Shown here in pieces: positions 1 to 9,111 of a DNA stretch of 64,000 nt. Source of the DNA: an uncultured virus (IMG/VR IMGVR_UViG_3300021142_000034) (Duplodnaviria; Heunggongvirae; Uroviricota; Caudoviricetes); the IMG/VR virus record IMGVR_UViG_3300021142_000034; one strand, given 5' to 3'. A program made the translations under genes and the position numbers. The notes below the pieces were generated by a model. The model did no database searches. It had not been told where the DNA came from and saw nothing but the letters and a program-made list of their open reading frames with translations. How positions within the stretch are numbered: the first letter of the stretch is position 1; every line of letters begins with the position of its first letter.

Positions 1-528
1 AGTTTGTACCTCAAATTTTTCTTCTTGTAAAGGAGGAGCTTTAAAATTATGTAAACGCTCAGCCTTTATAGTTACTGCGGTCAATTCACTTTGGGCTTCG
101 GCTAGTGCCTCAGAATCGCCCATTTCGTATGCCGCTTTGTATTTGGATTTAGCCGTCTGCAGTTCATTCTCAACGACTTTTTTAGCCTGCTCTAATAGAG
201 CTGTCTGTCCTTGACTCAATGAACCTTTGAGCTTTTTGTTCTCTTCAACGACGTTTTGGGCAAGCTTTAAAGCTTCTTCACGTTCACGCAAAGCCGCTTC
301 TTTGGCTCGGCGTTCATCGTGATAACCCTTAGTAAAGTGCTTGATCCGCTTCTTTACTGAATCGTTGTAAGTCTCTAGCTCATCATCAGAGAACTCTTTT
401 GGCGGCTCATCAGCAGGTTTACGGCCACGATCTTGTGGAGGAGTATCGTCCACAATCTCAATGTCAGCCTGCTCTTCTTCAACCTTTTCAGGTTCGTTTT
501 CATCTGGAAATTTGTATGCTGTAACCAT
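1..528 (-). CDS. Putative capsid scaffolding protein, N-terminal part (runs off window start)
   Basis: Manual translation from ATG 528: MVTAYKFPDENE...DIEIVDDTPPQDRGRK...VKKRIKHFTKGYHDERRAKEAALREREEA; acidic, coiled-coil; follows portal and GroES-like gene. Confidence 0.75.
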   Translation of the reverse strand, partial: MVTAYKFPDENEPEKVEEEQADIEIVDDTPPQDRGRKPADEPPKEFSDDELETYNDSVKKRIKHFTKGYHDERRAKEAALREREEALKLAQNVVEENKKLKGSLSQGQTALLEQAKKVVENELQTAKSKYKAAYEMGDSEALAEAQSELTAVTIKAERLHNFKAPPLQEEKFEVQT

Positions 529-530
529 GA

Positions 531-935
531 TTAATTCCCTGCTCGTTGAATACCACGGGGGTCTTGTACCTTGGCTTCCACTTGATCATCTTTAATGATG
601 CGGAATTCTTTGCCGTGTATTTTGATCCGTGTTCCTGTATTAGGACGGACAATAACAAAATCACCTTCTGCGCATGAAGGCCCAGATGGGAATCGTGCTT
701 TGTCTTTATAAGCGTCTGGTCCCAGTTTGATCACGAATAATACTGGCGTCAGTAACTCTTCGTAATTCATCGTTGAACCGGCTTTAATCAACCCGCTCTC
801 ATATTCTTCATCCACTTCAGGTAATACCGTCAGTAAATGATAAGTCTGAGGCTCAGGCAGTTGCTTGGCTTTTTCTTCTGGATTCTGATTCAGAATGCCA
901 GATAAATCCACAGCTTGGACATCAAATTTTTCCAT
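531..935 (-). CDS. groES: GroES-like co-chaperonin
   Basis: ESGLIK, VIKLGPDAY, EGDFVIV, GTRIKIHGKEFRIIKDDQVEA match the Cpn10 pattern. Confidence 0.8.
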   Translation of the reverse strand: MEKFDVQAVDLSGILNQNPEEKAKQLPEPQTYHLLTVLPEVDEEYESGLIKAGSTMNYEELLTPVLFVIKLGPDAYKDKARFPSGPSCAEGDFVIVRPNTGTRIKIHGKEFRIIKDDQVEAKVQDPRGIQRAGN

Positions 936-1001
936 ACTTTCCTCGCAGGGGGCTATGAAGATAGCTCACCGGTACGCCCCCGCCATACCGGCTCACTTTG
1001 A

Positions 1002-1199
1002 TTACTCGTCTTCTTCCTCTTTAAAACGCTTCATCATGGTGTCAATCTCCCCTTTACAGAGAGATATTCCTTTGAGGACACCACACATTTCGGAGTACTC
1101 CGCATAATCCCTGGCGCTCTTCCCCGCCAAGGCTATGGCATATTGATCTTCAATATTTTTTAGCTTACTTAGTAAATGCTCTAGGATTTTCTGTTCCAT
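1002..1199 (-). CDS. Hypothetical protein of the head module
   Basis: 65-aa ORF, start overlaps portal stop; DYAEYSEMCGVLKGI motif. Confidence 0.7.
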   Translation of the reverse strand: MEQKILEHLLSKLKNIEDQYAIALAGKSARDYAEYSEMCGVLKGISLCKGEIDTMMKRFKEEEDE

Positions 1200-3709
1200 T
1201 ATTTACCTTTCTTCTTTTCTTCTTTGGGTTTATTTTCTGCCGCCTTTTCAGCCAGCATCATCTTGTGCATTTCTTGAGAAGCTTTTAAATGAGATAACCG
1301 CTCATCTTGAGCCAGCTTCATATTCTGCTCTTGCTGTTTAAATGCCAAGTCTTGCTGGTGTTTTTGCGCAATAGTTTGCAGTTTTTGCTGGGATTCTGCC
1401 AACATAACTTGCTCTGCAATCTGCGGATTTGGACCGGCTTTTTGCTGCATTTGTTGAGCCTTGATTTGCAGTTCTGCTTGTTTGATTTGTAGCTCTCCGT
1501 CCACCTTTTTGGCTTTGGTTGCAGCTTCTTGAGCTTGGATTTGCAGCTGCTGTTGTTGCATCTGGATCAATGGGTCCTGAGCCTGCTGCTGTGCTTGCTG
1601 CTGAGCCGCTTGTGCCTTGCCCATCTGCAAGACTTGCTGCGCAGCCTGAGCCGTGAGCTGAGAAATCTGCACTTCCAAGTCCTCTGGCAGGTCTTGATCT
1701 GGAGCTGGTAGCGTAACGCCCAGCTGTTTTTCAATTTTCGCCCGGTATTGGAACGCCAAGTGCTCAGATATGTGAGCCATAATGGCTGCGCCCATCTGTT
1801 GGCCCATAGGACTTTGCCCAATCTGGGCTGCAATGGTCGGGTCTTGCATCATTGCCTGATGAACCGCAATGTGCGCATCGTGATCTTGGTAAATAAACGC
1901 CTTTGTTGGCTTTCCTTTTAAGAATGCCATGTTCTCGGACACAGGATCGCGTGGCTTTTGGTCGTCGTCTGTAGGAACGAGCTTCTCGGCGTCTTTAATA
2001 CCCAAAACATCCAGCATTTGCCGGTGTAATTGGGGTAAATTGTAGATCTGAGGCGCTTGCTGAGCCATCTGCATCGCAGCTTGGTACTGCATGATGCGCT
2101 GAGCCATCGTTGAGCTGTTCGGATCACTGACCGGAATGACTTCAACCAAGTCAAAGTCACTTTGCTTTGCGCTTTTATCAGCATTTTCAGGATCATATTC
2201 ATAATCCTTGGGTGCAAAATCACGAATCAGGGGCTTCAAAAGCTTGAATTCCTGCTTCATGGAGTAGTGAACCCGAGCCTGAACTGCGCTCATCGTCTTT
2301 AACTGACGTTCCAAGAGAGCCAAGGTCGTGCCAACTGGAGCATTAGCAGACATATCGCTGATGTTCATGTCAGCAATCGCGCCCAATTTCCTTGCTTCGT
2401 CAGTAATACTACCCAACAAGGTAGACAAAACTTGGCTTGGCTCCTTATAAGGGAGCGTCATGATGTTGTCTTTGATGGATCCGCCTGGAACGTCCACATC
2501 CCTGAACTCGCCGGGAGCAATTGGAGTGTCATCTCCCTTAACTCGCAATCCACGAGCCTTCAATCCACCGGGTAAGTTAGCCAGCGAACCAGCGTCCACC
2601 AGCTGTCTTAAGATCATCGTACCTGCACGGGCATATCCGCCAATCAGGTTAATCAGACCAAAGCCGTAAGCACCAAAGCCGGGGATATATGTGTACTGTA
2701 CAAAGTGCTGGCGCTTTAATTTCTTCTTGTCGTCCTCTTTCCAGTTACGACGAATAGCTAAAACTTTATTAGAGCCGCGCTCAATCGTGACTACATAAGG
2801 CCGAGCGATTTCATCCGGGTCTTCATCGTAGTCAATAACAAGGTCAGCGTGAATTTCACATATCTGATACCTGTCATCATCAGTAATAGAGTATCCTGAT
2901 TCATCAGCTTTCTTTTTTTCAATGTCAGTAGGAATTTGAATGGGCTCACCCAGATCAACATCCCTGTAAAAACCTTCAACCTGAAGCTTCAATACTTCGT
3001 TCTTTGTCTTTCTCATCAAGTGCGTTACGCGCTCGCAACTCATAATGTTGCTAGCCCCGTAAGGCATGATGATGTCTTCAGCCCCTACATACATAGAGAC
3101 TGGTCTACCCAAAGACAAATCAACGTAAATTTTCTTAAACGCCGATCCAATTAAACCAAGGTTTAATAACATGCGCTCATGTTCAGAGCGGTACTCTGGC
3201 ATCTTCTCTACCAGCGTGTAGTTCATGTTCTCCTGAACTCGGGCAGCCGCTTGAATCTTCAAACGGTCCACCGCTCCCATGATCTCCGTTTTTACCGGAC
3301 CCGCCGCAGGAAACGTTTCAGTAATTGTCTCCGACTGGAAACGTATGGCAGCTTCTGTAAGCACCGTGCTAAAAACACCACAAGCACCGTTCCAAGGCTC
3401 CGTTCTTTCTTCATACTTCATCCCCAAAACTTCAAGACCCTTGACATAGTTCTCTGCCCAGTCCCGGCGTGAATGTATATCCCCGTCCACCAACTCCATC
3501 AACTCACCAGCCAAAGACTGAAGCTCACCCTCAGTCATCTGCTCAGCTAAGTTGGCATCGAAGTCATTTTCTTTCTCAGGAAACATATCAATCTCAAGAC
3601 CACCAATGCCAATGTGCATCGCCTCGGGATTTTCCACTTCAATTTCAATGTCCGGCTCCACAGTATTCAACTGAGGAACCCCAGAATACAACGCCTTGTC
3701 TACTGACAT
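1199..3709 (-). CDS. Portal protein (podovirus-type) with Q-rich C-terminal tail
   Basis: 836 aa directly after terL; FPAAGPVKT, GSAFKKIY, PGFGAYGFGLI, LRQLVDAG, PYKEPS motifs. Confidence 0.9.
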   Translation of the reverse strand: MSVDKALYSGVPQLNTVEPDIEIEVENPEAMHIGIGGLEIDMFPEKENDFDANLAEQMTEGELQSLAGELMELVDGDIHSRRDWAENYVKGLEVLGMKYEERTEPWNGACGVFSTVLTEAAIRFQSETITETFPAAGPVKTEIMGAVDRLKIQAAARVQENMNYTLVEKMPEYRSEHERMLLNLGLIGSAFKKIYVDLSLGRPVSMYVGAEDIIMPYGASNIMSCERVTHLMRKTKNEVLKLQVEGFYRDVDLGEPIQIPTDIEKKKADESGYSITDDDRYQICEIHADLVIDYDEDPDEIARPYVVTIERGSNKVLAIRRNWKEDDKKKLKRQHFVQYTYIPGFGAYGFGLINLIGGYARAGTMILRQLVDAGSLANLPGGLKARGLRVKGDDTPIAPGEFRDVDVPGGSIKDNIMTLPYKEPSQVLSTLLGSITDEARKLGAIADMNISDMSANAPVGTTLALLERQLKTMSAVQARVHYSMKQEFKLLKPLIRDFAPKDYEYDPENADKSAKQSDFDLVEVIPVSDPNSSTMAQRIMQYQAAMQMAQQAPQIYNLPQLHRQMLDVLGIKDAEKLVPTDDDQKPRDPVSENMAFLKGKPTKAFIYQDHDAHIAVHQAMMQDPTIAAQIGQSPMGQQMGAAIMAHISEHLAFQYRAKIEKQLGVTLPAPDQDLPEDLEVQISQLTAQAAQQVLQMGKAQAAQQQAQQQAQDPLIQMQQQQLQIQAQEAATKAKKVDGELQIKQAELQIKAQQMQQKAGPNPQIAEQVMLAESQQKLQTIAQKHQQDLAFKQQEQNMKLAQDERLSHLKASQEMHKMMLAEKAAENKPKEEKKKGK

Positions 3710-3718
3710 ATTTTGACC

Positions 3719-5200
3719 TTAATAGTAAGCTTTACGCCGTTTCCAATATTGAGGCTCTTCTTCCTCGTCACTTGGAAGCCTTAAAAAACCACCCTGCCTA
3801 AATCTAATCAAAGCCTGGCTTGAACTATCAACATAGTCGTCATGCTCCGCATTCGGGAACCTCGCCATCTCTTCAATTAAATCATCCGCCCACCTTTTAT
3901 CAGGTGCCCACACCTTACCAGAATTAAACAAATCGGCAACACTGTTCAAGCGCACAAACTTGTCATTCCCCCTCGTGGGAGTATATTCGCTAACCGGAAT
4001 TCCCATCTGCCTCAATTCAAAAATCAACGGCGCTCCAGCAGCCTTCGCCTCAACAATAAACGCATCTGGCTGCCACTCCTTATAACCCTCTAAAGCCGCT
4101 TTCTTCAAAGCAGGAAATTCCAACTTGTCCCTATACGCATCTAACAAAATGATGTGCTTATCTGTCGGGTCTTCATTCAAACTGAACACGCCCCAAGTCG
4201 TACATGCCGAGTAGTCAGCCCTCTCGCTTTTCGTAAAAGCCGTGTCCCAACTCTGGATAATAAAATCACAAGGAGGCGGTATATCATTCTTCCACCTTTT
4301 CCACGACTCTCGCTTAATAATCGCTCCCTCTTCACCCGTTGGTTGCTGTTGGTACTGAGCGTTCCACTTATATATCCCAATCTCTTCCTTAACCGCTTCC
4401 AATTCCTTAAGCGGCCAGAACTCAGGCCATAAAGGATTCCCGCTGGGCATGATCGCCGGTAACTCAATAACCTCCCACCCCTCACCTTGGGCGTTCCTCA
4501 ATATCTTTCCCGTCAAGTCCTTATCCGACCAGCGGGTCATCACAATCACCATTCGCCCACCTGGCTGTAAACGCTGACGAGGACCAGACGTATACCACTC
4601 AAACACAGAGTCAAATACCGTCGGGTCACTCTGCGCTAACCTTGCCTCCTGCTCCGAATGAGGATCGTCAATGATCATCAAATCCGCACCCTTACCCGTC
4701 ATCGTTCCGCCTACACCAATGGCAATATATTCACCCTGCGCATTCGTATTCCACTTGCCCGCAGCCTTACTGTCCGACGCCAAACTCACACCCGGAAACA
4801 CCATCCCGTACTGCTCAGAATCTACTAAGTTCCGCACCTTCCTACCAAAGCCCACAGCCAAGTCTGCCGTATTTGAAGACTGGATAACCTTCTTGTCAGG
4901 GAACTTACCCAAGAACCAACTTGGCAACAAATAACTAGCAAACTCAGACTTAGTATGACGAGGAGCCATATTGATAATAAGACGCTTACAGTTCCCATCT
5001 ACAACCTCCTCAAACTTCTTGGCCATCACCGCATGATGCCGCCCATGCACAAACCCCGGCCACATAAACTTCACATAGTCCAAGAAACTTGACTGACACT
5101 TCTCCCGTGTCTTAGCCTCCTTGTACTCCGTCATCTGCTTTAAAAACTTTTCCTGCTCACTCTCAGGCAGCTGAGACAACAACTGTTCAATTTGACTCAT
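3719..5200 (-). CDS. terL: Terminase large subunit
   Basis: Walker A-like APRHTKS, Walker B IIDDP, VMTRW, RNase H-like nuclease SWDTA...HDDYVD. Confidence 0.95.
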   Translation of the reverse strand: MSQIEQLLSQLPESEQEKFLKQMTEYKEAKTREKCQSSFLDYVKFMWPGFVHGRHHAVMAKKFEEVVDGNCKRLIINMAPRHTKSEFASYLLPSWFLGKFPDKKVIQSSNTADLAVGFGRKVRNLVDSEQYGMVFPGVSLASDSKAAGKWNTNAQGEYIAIGVGGTMTGKGADLMIIDDPHSEQEARLAQSDPTVFDSVFEWYTSGPRQRLQPGGRMVIVMTRWSDKDLTGKILRNAQGEGWEVIELPAIMPSGNPLWPEFWPLKELEAVKEEIGIYKWNAQYQQQPTGEEGAIIKRESWKRWKNDIPPPCDFIIQSWDTAFTKSERADYSACTTWGVFSLNEDPTDKHIILLDAYRDKLEFPALKKAALEGYKEWQPDAFIVEAKAAGAPLIFELRQMGIPVSEYTPTRGNDKFVRLNSVADLFNSGKVWAPDKRWADDLIEEMARFPNAEHDDYVDSSSQALIRFRQGGFLRLPSDEEEEPQYWKRRKAYY

Positions 5201-5286
5201 CTATGCCTCCAAGGTCCAAACACAATCGGCAACACCACAAACCATATTACCCCCAATATCACCAACCACATATCTTCCTTTTTCAC
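5197..5286 (-). CDS. 29-aa single-transmembrane microprotein
   Basis: GTG start overlaps upstream stop (GTGA), stop overlaps terL ATG (ATGA); MKKEDMWLVILGVIWFVVLPIVFGPWRHR. Confidence 0.55.
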   Translation of the reverse strand: MKKEDMWLVILGVIWFVVLPIVFGPWRHR

Positions 5287-5702
5287 TTTAACTCCTCGTG
5301 CGCATCAATCGTCCTGAAGTTGATATACACCGGCCTCACACTCCTATCCATCCCCTTTTGTTTTTTTAATATCCCCAACTTGATCAGCCGGTTAATGATC
5401 TCATGCGTACTCCCCAAGCTTTTACTCTTCCTAAACGCCGTGATCTCCCTCACCGTAGGACCACACCCATACTTCTTCCAAAACTCATCTACATAAAAAA
5501 ACACATCTTGCTGCGCTTTTGTCATACTAACCTCTACACACTGCTCATATGTTAGAGCATTTCGTTTATGCGTCATCTCACTATTTACTACTTTAGTTGG
5601 GTGGCACCGTAAACGTTTATGGTGCCTCCCTAAAATAGTATTCATTATGGCCTTCTCCTTTAAAGCCATAGTTCTCAAAAACTTCTCAATTTCCGTTGCC
5701 AT
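5283..5702 (-). CDS. LexA-like DNA-binding (winged HTH) protein without peptidase domain; start uncertain (5702, 5576 or 5525)
   Basis: MTKAQQDVFFYV...GCGPTVREI...SLGSTHEIINRLIKLGILKK...RSVR resembles the LexA N-terminal domain; best SD (GAGG) precedes ATG 5525. Confidence 0.75.
   Translation of the reverse strand: MATEIEKFLRTMALKEKAIMNTILGRHHKRLRCHPTKVVNSEMTHKRNALTYEQCVEVSMTKAQQDVFFYVDEFWKKYGCGPTVREITAFRKSKSLGSTHEIINRLIKLGILKKQKGMDRSVRPVYINFRTIDAHEELK
5603..5626. promoter_or_regulatory. 24-bp near-perfect palindrome, copy 1 (candidate operator)
   Basis: GGCACCGTAAACGTTTATGGTGCC; 23/24 identical to 23779-23802. Confidence 0.6.
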
Positions 5703-5718
5703 TTTTTTATAAATTTTT

Positions 5719-6429
5719 TTACGCTTGCTCAAAATCGCTGATAGGGGGGTCTTCTTGGGAAGAATTTTCTGATTGAGGTTGGGAAGAATTTTCTGATTGA
5801 GGGTGGGGAATAGTATGCAGGGGTACAAGTGACTCCTGCTCTCCATCAAGTGGGGGTGCGGGATGGGTGGGTTCTCCGTCTGCCGGATTTTCTCCAACCG
5901 TCAGTTCGGTCAGTAGTGACAGCGCGTCTCGTTCGACCACATCCTCTGCTTGCCCGTTCATCAAGCTGGTTATCTCGCGCAGTATCTTGGCCTTGATGTC
6001 TTCGCTAGAGTGGATGACCTTAGATTCTGTGCGGTGTGTGAATAAACTCACGTCAGTCATATTGCCAACAGTACGAGCCGCTGAAACCTTTACGGCAGCG
6101 CTTGTCTCGGGATCGGTGAGCACTTGCACCAGTGAGGTAATCGCCAGAGAGCGTAGGCCTTCTGAGGTTTGGTATTTCATGGCTTGATTTGCCTGCTCAA
6201 TGGCTTGTATTGTCGCTTGTATGTCGGCGCGGTTTTTCAGGTTGTATGCGCTGTTCGCTACTGTTTTGGGTTTGGCTCTGGTGTTATACGCCGCTCTGTA
6301 TGCTTCGCTACCCTTTGCACCTGCCGCCACCTCCTCGGCAAAACGTCTTTGCTTGTGAGTCAGTCCTTTGCCTAGTCCTGCCAGTATGTCTATTTGGGGT
6401 AATGCTGCAGTTACTGATGATCGAGCCAT
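5719..6429 (-). CDS. terS: Terminase small subunit
   Basis: LTHKQRRFAEEV...SEAYRAAY...SAYNL HTH typical of TerS; upstream of terL. Confidence 0.8.
   Translation of the reverse strand: MARSSVTAALPQIDILAGLGKGLTHKQRRFAEEVAAGAKGSEAYRAAYNTRAKPKTVANSAYNLKNRADIQATIQAIEQANQAMKYQTSEGLRSLAITSLVQVLTDPETSAAVKVSAARTVGNMTDVSLFTHRTESKVIHSSEDIKAKILREITSLMNGQAEDVVERDALSLLTELTVGENPADGEPTHPAPPLDGEQESLVPLHTIPHPQSENSSQPQSENSSQEDPPISDFEQA
5755..5802. repeat. 2 x 24-bp perfect tandem repeat in terS 3' end
   Basis: TTGGGAAGAATTTTCTGATTGAGG twice; encodes PQSENSSQ x2. Confidence 0.9.
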
Positions 6430-6553
6430 AGTGCCGTTCCGCTTCGCTATTAGATGGGCGCATCATACCGGAACATAACCCGAACGCAAAGCCCCCAGGC
6501 GATAGGCTTTCCCTATCGATTCCCGATTCCCCATAAAAACAATTGTTCATATT

Positions 6554-6601
6554 GATATTGCATCCTCTGAGATATTGCATATACTAACCATCAATGCAAT
6601 A
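6554..6601 (+). promoter_or_regulatory. Putative early promoter with overlapping repeats
   Basis: TTGCAT(6558)-16 nt-TATACT(6580); GATATTGCAT at 6554 and 6571, inverted copy ATGCAATA at 6594. Confidence 0.5.
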
Positions 6602-6626
6602 CAGCAGAAAACTAGGAGTAAGCACC

Positions 6627-6809
6627 ATGAGAAAATTTTTAATCTATTCGCAATTTTGCACTATAGGCGTTTATCACGCTATCGATGAGCAACATGCTAA
6701 AGATCTATGCGCTCAAGACGCGGGATACAGAAATGCAAAGAATATGACTGACAGATTAGATGGCGATTGGGATCTACTGATTAAAGATGTAACAAATGAT
6801 AACGATTGA
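6627..6809 (+). CDS. Hypothetical early protein
   Basis: AGGAG SD before ATG 6627; GVYHAIDEQHAKDLCAQDAGY. Confidence 0.7.
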   Translation: MRKFLIYSQFCTIGVYHAIDEQHAKDLCAQDAGYRNAKNMTDRLDGDWDLLIKDVTNDND

Positions 6810-6822
6810 AGGAGCCTAAACC

Positions 6823-7044
6823 ATGATCACAAGCACCGACTATGCAAACCAGCTTTGCACACTCACCCACAACGGCCAGCCAGTGGCCGCCGGTGAAATA
6901 CTGCAGGACTTCAGGGGAGACCATGCCCGCGTGACTGGCGGACAAGCCCCGCACCATGCAGCCAGCACCGGAAAAATCTACACGGACGCCGGAAACTATT
7001 TCCCCTCCGTTTTTAACTGCAAGTGGACACCAAAAGGAGCCTAA
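6823..7044 (+). CDS. Hypothetical early protein
   Basis: AAGGAG SD; APHHAASTGKIY...YFPSVFNCKW. Confidence 0.75.
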   Translation: MITSTDYANQLCTLTHNGQPVAAGEILQDFRGDHARVTGGQAPHHAASTGKIYTDAGNYFPSVFNCKWTPKGA

Positions 7045-7047
7045 ACC

Positions 7048-7188
7048 ATGCACCGTTACACCTACAAACCATCTCAGGAAGCACTTGAAAAACGCCGCGC
7101 CGCCGCCATGGACATGATCGCCGTCTTGATCTATTCCGTTGCGCTGACTGTCTGCGCCCTCGCTTACTTTGATATTTTGACTTTTTAA
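7048..7188 (+). CDS. 46-aa membrane microprotein
   Basis: Same AAGGAGCCTAAACCATG start context as the 6823 gene; hydrophobic C-terminal half. Confidence 0.6.
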   Translation: MHRYTYKPSQEALEKRRAAAMDMIAVLIYSVALTVCALAYFDILTF

Positions 7189-7198
7189 GGGGTGCACC

Positions 7199-7510
7199 AT
7201 GGCAAAAATTACAGCCTACGAAGCGGTGGAGACTCAAATATGGCGCACAGAGCCAACATACGACAGTTATAGTACCCAAGATGGAGCGCGTTATGTTTAC
7301 CCGCGCAACGTAACGCTTGGGCGCAAAATTGGAGAGTTTGGCTCGGTCGCCGAGATTTACAAACATCTGTATAGCCTCCTCTCGGTCGATGGTCTTAGGA
7401 GCACTGCCGCTGTGTGGGGCAACAAAGGCTACATGTGTGTCTCTGTCTACGAGGGCGAGGGGTACGCTCAAAACGCAAATGGGGCGCGTTTGAACAAATA
7501 CTGTGGCTGA
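7199..7510 (+). CDS. Hypothetical early protein
   Basis: 103-aa ORF with AAGGGG SD. Confidence 0.65.
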   Translation: MAKITAYEAVETQIWRTEPTYDSYSTQDGARYVYPRNVTLGRKIGEFGSVAEIYKHLYSLLSVDGLRSTAAVWGNKGYMCVSVYEGEGYAQNANGARLNKYCG

Positions 7511-7578
7511 GAGTCCGGCCTGATGCCTTACGTGTAGGGCATTGGGGCGAATTTTCGCCGATTACAAACGAGGAAACC

Positions 7579-7863
7579 ATGAGCACCAACCTAGATCATT
7601 TAATCCATGACGCTAAATTCAAAGAAGGCAGCTTTAATTTGACTGACGCACAAAGAGCCGACATCCTGCGAATGATTGGCAAGGGATGCCGATTCGAGAC
7701 AAAAGAACGGCTTGCCCAGAAATTGAAACTGCCACTTTTGTTTTGGCGCAGTTATGGCATTTATTCCCGCATTACGCTGGACGACAGCGGCGCAGACTAT
7801 ATCTGCGGGCAATCTTGGCCTGATGAGATGCGAACCCTGCGTGAATGTATTTTGAGCAACTAA
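7579..7863 (+). CDS. Hypothetical early protein
   Basis: GAGG SD before ATG 7579; C-terminal YICGQSWPDEMRTLRECIL. Confidence 0.7.
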   Translation: MSTNLDHLIHDAKFKEGSFNLTDAQRADILRMIGKGCRFETKERLAQKLKLPLLFWRSYGIYSRITLDDSGADYICGQSWPDEMRTLRECILSN

Positions 7864-7873
7864 TGGAGACGCC

Positions 7874-7969
7874 ATGAAATTCAACACCGACACAATGCCG
7901 CCCGTTAACCTGCGCGACTTGTGCAACCGAATCAACGAATTAACCAAACGCGAAGAGGTCACAGCATGA
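7874..7969 (+). CDS. 31-aa hypothetical protein
   Basis: GGAG SD; stop overlaps next ATG (ATGA). Confidence 0.45.
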   Translation: MKFNTDTMPPVNLRDLCNRINELTKREEVTA

Positions 7970-8217
7970 AGCCGAATTTCCTTTTTTACTTTGAAGCCGA
8001 GCCCGCAAGGGTTGCAGTTGACGACCGCCAACGCACAGCCCGATTGCTTCGCAGTTACCGAAACAAGCCCGCAGACTATCAGATTATCCGCACAGCCCCG
8101 AATTCTTACAGAGTAAGGGTAAAGGGTTTTTTTAGTCCCATCATCATTCATAAACCCGAAGCAGTCAGAAAAGTTCTAGAACCCATCCGCAAAGCCATAG
8201 AAAGGGCAGAGCAATGA
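7966..8217 (+). CDS. Hypothetical early protein
   Basis: GAGG SD; RTARLLRSYR motif; coupled to both neighbours. Confidence 0.65.
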   Translation: MKPNFLFYFEAEPARVAVDDRQRTARLLRSYRNKPADYQIIRTAPNSYRVRVKGFFSPIIIHKPEAVRKVLEPIRKAIERAEQ

Positions 8218-8426
8218 ACAGACAATTACACCCTTATTTTCAGTCAATTTTGGAGCCCTACATTATGAAACACACAGAACACGAGTACATCAAAGCAGGT
8301 TACGACTTTGAAAGGGGGCGCAAACCCGCCCAAAGCCTGCGAGTAATGATTGAAGCCGAAGACATAGACGACCGCGCCGAGGCTCGCCGCCTGGTGGAGC
8401 AGGGACGCGCCGAGGCTCGCAAGTAA
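8214..8426 (+). CDS. Hypothetical early protein
   Basis: ATGA overlap; EYIKAGYDFERG...RAEARRLVEQGRAEAR. Confidence 0.7.
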   Translation: MNRQLHPYFQSILEPYIMKHTEHEYIKAGYDFERGRKPAQSLRVMIEAEDIDDRAEARRLVEQGRAEARK

Positions 8427-8453
8427 TCTCGGAATAGTAACGAAAGGAAAACC

Positions 8454-8696
8454 ATGAAACCCGCTGAAAGATTCGCCTTAGATCAATGGCTTTTTAGCTA
8501 CCCTGATGGCAAAACATACGAAGAAATAATTGCAGAAATGCAGCATTTTGCCAATGAATGGACGATAGAAAATTTTGACGCCTGGCAGGTGGTGGAGAAC
8601 TTCACTATGGGACAAGTGGCAGAATTTATCGAAGACACGCGCATGGCTTTTGAGAGAGCCCTGCTTGATCTTGGAATAGTGACGACTCATGCATAG
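8454..8696 (+). CDS. Hypothetical early protein
   Basis: AAGGA SD; 80 aa. Confidence 0.7.
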   Translation: MKPAERFALDQWLFSYPDGKTYEEIIAEMQHFANEWTIENFDAWQVVENFTMGQVAEFIEDTRMAFERALLDLGIVTTHA

Positions 8697-8874
8697 CCAA
8701 ATCATCAGACTGGACACTTTCATAAAAACCTTTGCGCTGCGACCCGTAGAAGTGGCGCACTGGTTACTGTCCGCAAAGCGGGAACTGGACGCCAGCCGCC
8801 CAGTCACCTACACTCTAACCCCTGAGATGAGCATCACGAAACGGATTGAGCAAATCACGTTAATCTCGGAATAG
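8689..8874 (+). CDS. Hypothetical protein
   Basis: 61-aa ORF overlapping previous stop. Confidence 0.5.
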   Translation: MHSQIIRLDTFIKTFALRPVEVAHWLLSAKRELDASRPVTYTLTPEMSITKRIEQITLISE

Positions 8875-8889
8875 TAACGAAAGAAAGCC

Positions 8890-9111
8890 ATGATCGAATT
8901 CGTCCCGCCCGTCAAAAACAAGTCCATATTCGTTGTCTACATCGTAGAGCAGAATGATGGAATAGTGACCGCCAGCACAGACTACATCGGAGACTCTGAT
9001 GCAGTCTTGCAAATAGGCACAGAAGTCTTGTTTGCTTTAAATAGTATCGCCCACTACAAATATGAGAACTTAGTAGTGAGCAATAAAATATCAAGCATGA
9101 GCCGTAATTGA
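8890..9111 (+). CDS. Hypothetical protein
   Basis: 73-aa ORF after repeat copy 2; converges on primase. Confidence 0.6.
   Translation: MIEFVPPVKNKSIFVVYIVEQNDGIVTASTDYIGDSDAVLQIGTEVLFALNSIAHYKYENLVVSNKISSMSRN

Larger units (their letters stand above)
8424..8883 (+). repeat. Pair of identical 23-bp direct repeats (8424-8446 and 8861-8883) before gene starts
   Basis: TAATCTCGGAATAGTAACGAAAG, each followed within 7 nt by an ATG. Confidence 0.85.
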
